A stretch of 51,123 nt of DNA. It comes from Candidatus Moraniibacteriota bacterium. GTDB lineage: Bacteria > Patescibacteriota > Minisyncoccia > Moranbacterales > UBA1568. The position numbers were made by a program, and so were the translations under genes. The notes beneath the pieces are model-generated. The model was not told the DNA's origin. It saw nothing but the letters and a program-made list of their open reading frames with translations, and ran no database searches. This document shows, piece after piece, positions 44,540 to 51,123 of the stretch. The stretch covers positions 1-51,123 of the forward strand of contig JAAXTX010000005.1 of NCBI GenBank assembly GCA_013336285.1, given 5' to 3'. Numbering within the stretch: position 1 is the stretch's first letter; each line of letters begins with the position of its first letter.

Positions 44540-45361
44540 TCACCCAACCGCCAGCCTGACTACCCGACGAAGAAGGCAGGCGACGGTGACCGGACCGACG
44601 CCGCCGGGAACCGGTGCGAGGAAGATATCGGCATCATCGCCTTCGGCTGAGACGTCCCCATAGACGTTTCCGTCTCTCTCGGAGATTCCGCCGTCGATGA
44701 TGATCGCACCCTTTTTGAAAATACTTCGTTTAAAACGCCCCGGCTGACCGATCGCGGTGACGATGACATCTCCCTCACGGATTTCATTCTCTTTCCCGTC
44801 GATTTCTTCCGCTTTGACGATAATCGCCGACATGCCCTCGTATTCGAACGCTTTTTTCATGATGCCACCGAAGATATCGGAATTGACTATGGCGATTCCC
44901 TTCTTGCCAGAAAGAACGACATCAGCCGATGTCGCCAACTCCATGATAGCCTCCGGAAAGACCGGGATCGAGTCACGATCGCCGGCGAGAAATTTCCGGA
45001 CCGTATCAGGATGGAATCCGTCCGCATCCTTTTTCGGGTCGATTGCGGCGATGACCAGGTCCGTATCGAGTCCGTCCGGGAGCGGAAGTTGCACAAGGAT
45101 CCCATGGATACCGCGATCAACGTTCAGCGAATCAACCGCGCGTATGATTTCATCCTCCGTCGCCGTGGTCGGAAGGACCTCTTTCCTGAATATGAACCCG
45201 AGCTCCGCCGCGCGTCGTTCCTTGATACCGACATAGAGCCGGGACGCGGGATTATCACCCACAAGCACCACACCGAACCCGGGTCGAACGGAAAGCCCGG
45301 AAACGATATCTTTCGCTTCCCCAAGAATCCGATCGGCGACAGCTTTTCCGGAAAGGATCAT
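44540..45361 (-). CDS. folD: Bifunctional methylenetetrahydrofolate dehydrogenase/cyclohydrolase
   Basis: Start reset to MILSGKAVADRI. GFGVVLVGDNPASRLYV, GILVQLPLP, DADGFHP, PVPGGVGPVTVA. Confidence 0.92.
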   Translation of the reverse strand: MILSGKAVADRILGEAKDIVSGLSVRPGFGVVLVGDNPASRLYVGIKERRAAELGFIFRKEVLPTTATEDEIIRAVDSLNVDRGIHGILVQLPLPDGLDTDLVIAAIDPKKDADGFHPDTVRKFLAGDRDSIPVFPEAIMELATSADVVLSGKKGIAIVNSDIFGGIMKKAFEYEGMSAIIVKAEEIDGKENEIREGDVIVTAIGQPGRFKRSIFKKGAIIIDGGISERDGNVYGDVSAEGDDADIFLAPVPGGVGPVTVACLLRRVVRLAVG

Positions 45362-45362
45362 A

Positions 45363-46139
45363 TCAGCGTATGACGAGAAAATAGAACGCGAGTGCCGCGA
45401 CGATACGATACATGCCGAACACATTGAAGGAATTGGTTTTTACGAACCGTATGAACGATTTGACGGCAAAAAGCGCGACCACAAACGAGACGAAAAATCC
45501 GATCGCGAGCGCCGGCAGATCCGCTGAAGAAAAACTCCCCGCACTTTTCAGAAAATCGTAACCGGTTGCGGCCGCCATGGTCGGAACCGCGAGCAGGAAA
45601 GAGAATTCCGTTATCGCAGTACGAGACAGTCCGAGCGCGAGGCCGCCGATGATCGTCGCACCCGAGCGCGATACGCCGGGGATGACCGAGGTCGACTGCG
45701 CTACCCCGATCAGCAATGCCTGTTTGTAACTTATCTCGTCCGTGGCCAATTCGGAAATGTCGGATTCCCGGCTTTTTAGCCACCATTCGAAAAAAAGTAT
45801 GACCAAGCCGCCGAGGAACAATGTCACGACGATCGTCATCGGCGACTCGAAAAGTTTCTTGATGAACCGATAGAGTACGAGTCCGACGAACGCCGTCGGA
45901 AGGAATGCGACCGCAAGGCGCTTCAAGGTCTCCCAATCAGTGAGGAATCGGCGCCAGTACAAAACGACCACTGCGAGAATCGCACCGAGCTGGATCACGA
46001 TCTCGAACGACTTCACGAAATCGGTCTGTGTGACGCCGAGAACATCGGAGACGAGAATGAGATGTCCTGTCGAGGAAACGGGCAGGAATTCAGTCAGTCC
46101 CTCGACGATCCCGAGAATGATCGAGTGCAATATGGACAT
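45363..46139 (-). CDS. uppP: Undecaprenyl-diphosphate phosphatase
   Basis: GIVEGLTEFLPVSSTGHL and PGVSRSGATI motifs. Polytopic. Confidence 0.93.
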   Translation of the reverse strand: MSILHSIILGIVEGLTEFLPVSSTGHLILVSDVLGVTQTDFVKSFEIVIQLGAILAVVVLYWRRFLTDWETLKRLAVAFLPTAFVGLVLYRFIKKLFESPMTIVVTLFLGGLVILFFEWWLKSRESDISELATDEISYKQALLIGVAQSTSVIPGVSRSGATIIGGLALGLSRTAITEFSFLLAVPTMAAATGYDFLKSAGSFSSADLPALAIGFFVSFVVALFAVKSFIRFVKTNSFNVFGMYRIVAALAFYFLVIR

Positions 46140-46145
46140 AGATTC

Positions 46146-46817
46146 CTAAAACAGCGTTCCGGTCGAAGAGCTCGTTACGAGCGGTGCATGCTCATTCTTC
46201 GCCGATTCAAGCAGTTTCTTCTGGCCGTTCAGCTCCATGATGATGTCCCAACTCCGGAACTCAGGATGTTTCTCGAGTATCTTCTCGAGAATCTCGACCG
46301 TGACGCGCACGTCCCCGGCCCCGGTGTGCGCCGATTCATGCGGTTTCCCGCAGTACAGTTTGTAGGCCGCGGAAAGATTACGTGGAGCGAAATTATCACG
46401 GGGAACGACCTTGTGATACAGGATCTTCGCATCGAGCACCTTTTTCTGGGAGAAATCGAACGACTTTCCGACGGTCGCGAATTCCCCCCGAAGAAACGGG
46501 AGGTCGAAGCCGAGCACATTGAATCCTCCCACGTCCACCCCCTCGAATACGTTCCAGAACTCATAGGATAACTTGGTGAACGACGGATCGCCCTTCACGT
46601 CTTCGTCGGTGATGCCGGTGATGCGGGTCGACGCCTCCGGAATGGGTCTCCCGGGATTGATTCTCTGGACCGACGCGATGATTTCCCCTGACGGCATGAT
46701 TTTCTCGTATGCGATCTCGATAATACGATCCTCGCCGGCGGTAAGACCCGTCGTCTCGAGATCGAAGATCACGAGCGGCTTGTCGAGAGGAAGATAGTCG
46801 GCAATGATGGTGCGCAT
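46146..46817 (-). CDS. DEDDh 3'-5' exonuclease (DnaQ/epsilon-like)
   Basis: LVIFDLETTGL (ExoI), GFNVLGFDLPFL (ExoII), HTGAGDV (ExoIII). Confidence 0.8.
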   Translation of the reverse strand: MRTIIADYLPLDKPLVIFDLETTGLTAGEDRIIEIAYEKIMPSGEIIASVQRINPGRPIPEASTRITGITDEDVKGDPSFTKLSYEFWNVFEGVDVGGFNVLGFDLPFLRGEFATVGKSFDFSQKKVLDAKILYHKVVPRDNFAPRNLSAAYKLYCGKPHESAHTGAGDVRVTVEILEKILEKHPEFRSWDIIMELNGQKKLLESAKNEHAPLVTSSSTGTLF

Positions 46818-46904
46818 AGGCGGATATTAGTCGGAAAGTCGGAAGTCTATGAAGTCCGTAAAATCTGATGCAAAACGGGGGAAACAGATATACCAAGGCC
46901 AACA

Positions 46905-46950
46905 CCCCATAGTATATCAGTCTAGGCGCGGAGCACGGTTTTGTAAACCT
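46905..46950 (+). pseudogene. Decayed tRNA-Thr 5'-half-like fragment
   Basis: gagcacggttttgtaaacc (46931-46949) equals the D-stem/anticodon-arm stretch of tRNA-Thr (155-227) apart from one missing base. The upstream gtatatcagtctagg loosely resembles the D arm. No T arm or 3' acceptor is present. Confidence 0.3.
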
Positions 46951-46988
46951 CTTCAATATCTGATCTTTCCGCGATTGAAAATGAAACT

Positions 46989-47092
46989 CCTCGCGGCAAG
47001 CCGCGAGGTATCCCCCGACTTTGTCATTCCGGACTTGATCCGGAATCCAGTCCCGCTTCGCGAGACCTATCCGCGGCAAGCCGCGGGGTATT
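46989..47092. repeat. Cluster of REP-like palindromic hairpins
   Basis: CCTCGCGG-caag-CCGCGAGG-gtat (46989-47012), ATTCCGGA-cttga-TCCGGAAT-cc (47026-47048), CCGCGG-caag-CCGCGG-ggtat (47071-47091). A related GATTCC...GGAATCC / CCCGC-gggaaa-GCGGG-tGGGAATCC unit lies at 31318-31368. Confidence 0.6.
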
Positions 47093-47172
47093 AGACCCAG
47101 AGAAGAGAATAAAAATTGCCCACCGAATGCTTCCGGTGAGCAATATGCATGATATTCTTGCCGCCTTCAGTT

Positions 47173-47430
47173 CTATGAGCACATAGCCGGAAAGAGCATG
47201 CGTCCTTCCCCAAGACATACTGTGTCCTCGTAATTATCGGCATATACCGGCAATTCACCGAAAGACACCGCCTCGGTATACTGAACGGTCGTACCGTCGT
47301 CGAGTAGACAATATGAGGGATCGGTAATCTCCCCATGCTGGTCCGCTTCGAGTATGAGTTCCCGGAGAAAATCTGGTGAAAAATAGAACGTACACCGTTC
47401 TTTGCTTTGTACCGTCTTGATTCCTGACAT
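47173..47430 (-). CDS. Hypothetical small acidic protein (85 aa)
   Basis: GGAGG SD (ctggaggcttca-ATG). An isolated gene between an AT-rich spacer and the REP cluster. No recognisable family. Confidence 0.55.
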   Translation of the reverse strand: MSGIKTVQSKERCTFYFSPDFLRELILEADQHGEITDPSYCLLDDGTTVQYTEAVSFGELPVYADNYEDTVCLGEGRMLFPAMCS

Positions 47431-47633
47431 TGAAGCCTCCAGTTTTTATCCTGTTAAGGTGATATTTTTTCCGAACATGAAATAATAACATTTATAACAA
47501 TAAAAGTCAATAATAAAAGAAGGCCCTATAAAGCCTAAAAGCGAACAAGCTGCCTCATGTTTGGCAACAGACCATATCAAGGGAGCACTTCTATCAAAGT
47601 ATTCCCTTTGAAAATGCGGGTCATTCCTACAGC

Positions 47634-50600
47634 CTACACCACCAGATTCACGAGCTTCCCGGGAATGACTATAACGCGTTTAGGTTCCTTGCCGTCGAGA
47701 AATTTCGCGACTTTCTCACTTCCCAGTGCTTTCGCCTTCAGGTCATCCTCGGTCGCGTCCGCGGAGATTTCGAACGAATCACGGACCTTTCCATTCACCG
47801 AGACGACGATCGTCACGGTATCCTCAACGAGAAGTGTCGGATCGGCCTCCGGCCACGATGACAGGAAAATGGATTCCGTATTGCCAAGTTCCGTCCACAG
47901 CTCCTCCGCCATATGCGGCGCGAACGGGGACAGGAGCCTGAGAAATATGCCATACGATTCTTTCGCGACGGACTGTTCCTTCTCAAACGCGTTGGCGAGA
48001 ATCATGAGCGAGCTCACTCCCGTATTGAACCGGAACGCGTCAATGTCATCCGTCACCTTCACGACGGTCCTGTGAACGAGTCCGTCGATTTCCCGTACCG
48101 CATCGGCGGAATCGGAAACCTTTCCTGACAATTTCCATACCTTCTCCAGGAACCGTCTTGTACCGATGACCCCATCCGTGCTCCAGGAGATGTTCTGGCT
48201 GAACGGCCCCATGAACATCTCGTAGAGCCGCATCGCGTCCGCGCCGAAGTCACGTACCATGTCGTCGGGATTGATGACGTTCCCCCAGCGTTTGGACATC
48301 TTTCGTCCGTCGGATGCGAGGATGAGACCGACATTGACTAGCTTTCGGAACGGTTCGTCCGTCGAGACCGCACCGATATCGAAGAGGAGCTTATGCCAGA
48401 ACCGCGCGTAAATGAGATGCCGCGTCGCGTGTTCGGCTCCCCCGACATACGCGTCGACGGGCATCCATTTTTGTTCATCTTTCTTGTCGACGATCGCGTC
48501 CTGATTCTTCGGATCGATATAGCGCAGGTAGTACCACGACGATCCCGCCCATTGCGGCATCGTGTTCGTCTCGCGCTTCGCGGGACCGCCGCACACGGGG
48601 CAGGTAGTATTCACCCAGTCGTCTATACCGGCCAGTGGCGACTCTCCCGTCCCCGTCGGCTCATAACTTTCTACGTCCGGCAAGACGACGGGAAGTTCCG
48701 ACTCCGGCACCGGCACGACCCTGGAAACATGCATGGGTTCGAGTTCCCAGCCGACGAGTCCGTTCTCGCGTATCCGCTTCACATAGTCCGGCGAGAGCGC
48801 CGTGTACGATTCCTCCAACTCTTCCGCGGTCGAGAATTCGCGGCTGAAGATTTTTCCGTGCAGATCCTTCTTTTCAGACTCGAACAGTTCCCGGACATCC
48901 TTGAAACGATAGGCCGTCTTCACCCTGAACAATTTCGTTTCTCCCGTCGGCTTAAACGCGAATCGGAGCGTATCACCTTCCGCGACATCCCCGAAATATC
49001 TCTCGGGCTCGTCGGGATTCAAGGCACGCGTCTCGACCGTCTTCTTTCCGGACAGCAGAAGTTTCCATATCTTCTCTTCACGGAAGTTCAACGTGAGTTT
49101 AACTGCGGCCTCGTTCGCCGCACACGACTCGCAATGCACGAGCGGGATCGGTTCGCCCCAATATCGCTGACGCGAGAACACCCACTCACGAAGCTTGTAC
49201 TTCACTACTTTTTTCCCACGTCCTTCGGACTCGAGTTTTTCGGTGATTTTCTCCCGGGCATCTTTCGACGAAAGACCGGAAAATATCTCCGAGTTCACGA
49301 GAAATCCGTCGTCGACGAACACCTTCCCGTTCAGGTATTCCCAATCGACGGCATCCTTTTCCCGTTTCTTTCCCTGCAACTGATACTCCTTGAATTCCCT
49401 GGCGAACCTCAGACTGAGTACGAGCGCCCCGTGTCCGCTCAATACCTTTTCATCTTCCTCGAAATCCTCGTCCGTCAAGCCGAACTCCCCGATATTCGGT
49501 CCGATATCGATTTCCATGCCTTGATCATTCGCATACACGACGTTGGTGAGTTCTTCCGACAATTTCTTCCGTTTCACTTCCCTGTACCCAAGAGAGGAAA
49601 ACACCTCGAGGGCGACAGACTGTGTTGCGGCGTCCTTGACGATAAGATCCATATCGTCATGCCCGCGATACACGATACCCGCATGGAACGCGCATGAAAG
49701 ACCGCCGAGAACCCAGATGTCGATGCCTCTTTCCTTGGCCGCCTTTCGCACCTCATCAAGTGCCTGAAGGGTTTTTTCGGTCCGTTCGAAATCGGAGAAA
49801 TCGGGAGTGACAGACTGCCGTACGGGAAGTCCGTACTTCCTCGCGAAAACGGCATCGCGCGTATCGTGCGCCGGGACCGCCATAACCGCGCCGGTTCCGT
49901 AATCGCCGAGCACATAGTCCGCGACGAATACCGGGACTTCCTCGCCGTTGATCGGATTGACCGCCATAATTCCCTCGAGCCGGACGCCCGTCTTCTCGCG
50001 CCCTTCAGCGGTCCTCTCCATCTCGGTCTTCTTCTTCGTCTCCTCTAAATATGCGAGAATTTCCTCCTGATTCTTGATTCCCGTTCCCCGTTTACCGCTA
50101 TCCGTCATCCGTTCTCTGACCAAAGGATGTTCCGGCGCGACCACTACATACGTGCAGCCGAAGAGCGTATCGACACGCGTCGTAAAAACATCAATGTATT
50201 CTTCTGCTTCGTTTGGAAATTCGAAATTCGAAATTCGAAATTTTACAATAGTTCCCTCGCTCCGGCCGATCCAGTTCCGCTGTGATTCCTTTATCGACTC
50301 CGGCCAATCAAGTCCTCCAAGCCCCTCCAAAAGACGATCGGCGTAATCGGTGATACGAAGTACCCACTGCCGCATCGGCTTCTTCTCGACGACGGTCCCG
50401 CACCGCTCACACGCCCCATTCTCCAGGTCCTCGTTCGCGAGTCCCGTCTGACACGACGGACACCAGATGATCGGCTCGTACGATTCATAAGCGAGTCCCT
50501 TTTTGAACATCTGAAGGAATATCCACTGCGTCCACCGGTAATATTCGGGGTCGGTCGTGTTTATTTCGCGATCCCAATCGTAGGTGAAACCGAGCCGGCC

Positions 50601-50933
50601 AAGCTGCTGTTTAAAGGTCGCGACGTTTTCACGTGTCGTCTTGTTCGGATGCGTCCTGTTCTTTATCGCATATTGTTCCGCCGGAAGACCGAATGCGTCC
50701 CACCCCATCGGATGTAGCACCGCGAAACCTTGGAGCTGTTTCATTCGGGCGATGACATCGGTCGAAATGTACCCCTTCGGATGCCCCACATGAAGCCCGG
50801 CCCCCGACGGGTACGGGAACATATCGAGCGCATAGAATTTCTTCCCACGGCCGTATTGTCGGAATGTTCCCTGTTCCTCCCAGATTTTCTGCCACTTCCC
50901 CTCGATATTTTCGGGGTTATATCGCCCATTCAT
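47634..50933 (-). CDS. leuS: Leucyl-tRNA synthetase with two extra inserted domains (1099 aa)
   Basis: FPYPSGAGLHVGHPKGY (HIGH), CP1 editing domain (TTRVDTLFG...AVPAHDTRD), SRQRYWGEPIP, WAGSSWYYLRY, KMSKRWGN (KMSKS). In-frame extra blocks at aa ~376-536 and ~606-737. Confidence 0.95.
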   Translation of the reverse strand: MNGRYNPENIEGKWQKIWEEQGTFRQYGRGKKFYALDMFPYPSGAGLHVGHPKGYISTDVIARMKQLQGFAVLHPMGWDAFGLPAEQYAIKNRTHPNKTTRENVATFKQQLGRLGFTYDWDREINTTDPEYYRWTQWIFLQMFKKGLAYESYEPIIWCPSCQTGLANEDLENGACERCGTVVEKKPMRQWVLRITDYADRLLEGLGGLDWPESIKESQRNWIGRSEGTIVKFRISNFEFPNEAEEYIDVFTTRVDTLFGCTYVVVAPEHPLVRERMTDSGKRGTGIKNQEEILAYLEETKKKTEMERTAEGREKTGVRLEGIMAVNPINGEEVPVFVADYVLGDYGTGAVMAVPAHDTRDAVFARKYGLPVRQSVTPDFSDFERTEKTLQALDEVRKAAKERGIDIWVLGGLSCAFHAGIVYRGHDDMDLIVKDAATQSVALEVFSSLGYREVKRKKLSEELTNVVYANDQGMEIDIGPNIGEFGLTDEDFEEDEKVLSGHGALVLSLRFAREFKEYQLQGKKREKDAVDWEYLNGKVFVDDGFLVNSEIFSGLSSKDAREKITEKLESEGRGKKVVKYKLREWVFSRQRYWGEPIPLVHCESCAANEAAVKLTLNFREEKIWKLLLSGKKTVETRALNPDEPERYFGDVAEGDTLRFAFKPTGETKLFRVKTAYRFKDVRELFESEKKDLHGKIFSREFSTAEELEESYTALSPDYVKRIRENGLVGWELEPMHVSRVVPVPESELPVVLPDVESYEPTGTGESPLAGIDDWVNTTCPVCGGPAKRETNTMPQWAGSSWYYLRYIDPKNQDAIVDKKDEQKWMPVDAYVGGAEHATRHLIYARFWHKLLFDIGAVSTDEPFRKLVNVGLILASDGRKMSKRWGNVINPDDMVRDFGADAMRLYEMFMGPFSQNISWSTDGVIGTRRFLEKVWKLSGKVSDSADAVREIDGLVHRTVVKVTDDIDAFRFNTGVSSLMILANAFEKEQSVAKESYGIFLRLLSPFAPHMAEELWTELGNTESIFLSSWPEADPTLLVEDTVTIVVSVNGKVRDSFEISADATEDDLKAKALGSEKVAKFLDGKEPKRVIVIPGKLVNLVV

Positions 50934-51006
50934 AGGGAAAAATCACGATTCACTCCACCACTCTATCGCACTTCCTGGCTTTTTTCAAGCCGAAAATCAA
51001 ATCAAC

Positions 51007-51032
51007 TACCCCGCAGCAGAGCTGACGGGGTA
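51007..51032 (-). terminator. Hairpin terminator of the upstream partial gene
   Basis: Minus strand TACCCCG(t)CAGC-tct-GCTGCGGGGTA followed by GTTGATTTGATTTT. Confidence 0.5.
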
Positions 51033-51043
51033 TCGTGCCGCAG

Positions 51044-51123
51044 CTATTGCATGTAGTCGAACAACGTCAGTGCGTCCTGGTGGAGTTGTACGTATTCCTT
51101 TTCAGTCCCCTGATTTTTTACGT
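51044..51123 (-). CDS. 3' end of an unidentified CDS that continues beyond the window
   Basis: The minus-strand frame reads ...VKNQGTEKEYVQLHQDALTLFDYMQ-TAG, with host-like codons and a terminator just downstream. Confidence 0.35.
   Translation of the reverse strand, partial: VKNQGTEKEYVQLHQDALTLFDYMQ

Noticed and set aside
43180-44540. The oxidoreductase gene next to tRNA-Leu, with an AT-rich upstream region, considered as a tRNA-targeted genomic islet.
   Set aside because: No integrase is present and there is no direct repeat of the tRNA-Leu 3' end downstream of the gene. It is a single ordinary metabolic gene with its own promoter and terminator.
48723-49808. The extra approximately 290 aa in LeuRS considered as inteins or as a nested or frameshifted gene.
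   Set aside because: There are two separate in-frame blocks without intein junction signatures (no Cys/Ser at the N-junction, no His-Asn-Cys/Ser/Thr at the C-junction) and no homing-endonuclease motifs. They read as ordinary domain insertions.
50216-50243. A heptamer tandem repeat (gaaattc, about 3.9 copies) inside leuS.
   Set aside because: It is short and in frame, coding KFRISNFEFP within the editing-domain region. There is no evidence that it is more than chance low complexity.

Overview
This is a gene-dense 51.1-kb bacterial window: about 45 CDS, two clear tRNAs and one aberrant tRNA-like gene. All calls come from reading the ORF translations and the DNA by eye; no searches were run.

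Most of the window is core housekeeping:
- Translation: tsf, rpsB, rpmE, prfA, prmC, leuS.
- Cell wall and division: murA, murD, mreB, ftsQ, uppP.
- Lower glycolysis: gap, fba, tpiA.
- Chromosome maintenance: parAB, holB.
- Other metabolism and redox: folD, trxB.

Several traits suggest a reduced Patescibacteria/CPR-like (Parcubacteria-type) genome. This is inference only. The traits are three ArnT/PMT-like GT-C glycosyltransferases, GT4 and GT2 enzymes, a pilin-like FISUMP-domain protein, a short EF-Ts and a long ThyX-like protein. TGA is used as a stop codon, so there is no sign of UGA recoding.

The main candidate for something new is the accessory block at about 6.8-15.6 kb:
- An unannotated 47-aa Lys/Ala tandem-repeat protein with a strong promoter.
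- A roughly 520-nt structured non-coding stretch.
- A module with a membrane-anchored VirD4/TraD-like coupling ATPase (847 aa), a 143-aa unknown protein and a 1401-aa coiled-coil/three-TM giant protein.
- A convergent 209-aa membrane protein that shares a roughly 95-aa domain, predicted to be surface-exposed, with the giant protein.
- No relaxase, VirB4, VirB6 or integrase is visible anywhere in the window.

Second in interest is an oversized LeuRS (1099 aa). It carries two in-frame inserted domains: one Pol-beta nucleotidyltransferase-like and one ASCH/PUA-like.

Smaller oddities:
- A tRNA-Tyr-like gene whose 3' third is replaced by GC-rich hairpins at the window edge.
- A decayed tRNA-Thr 5'-half copy next to a cluster of REP-like hairpins.
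- A split parS-like palindrome in a 5' UTR.
- Non-canonical catalytic motifs in PrmC (NLPY) and in an amidohydrolase (NxH).
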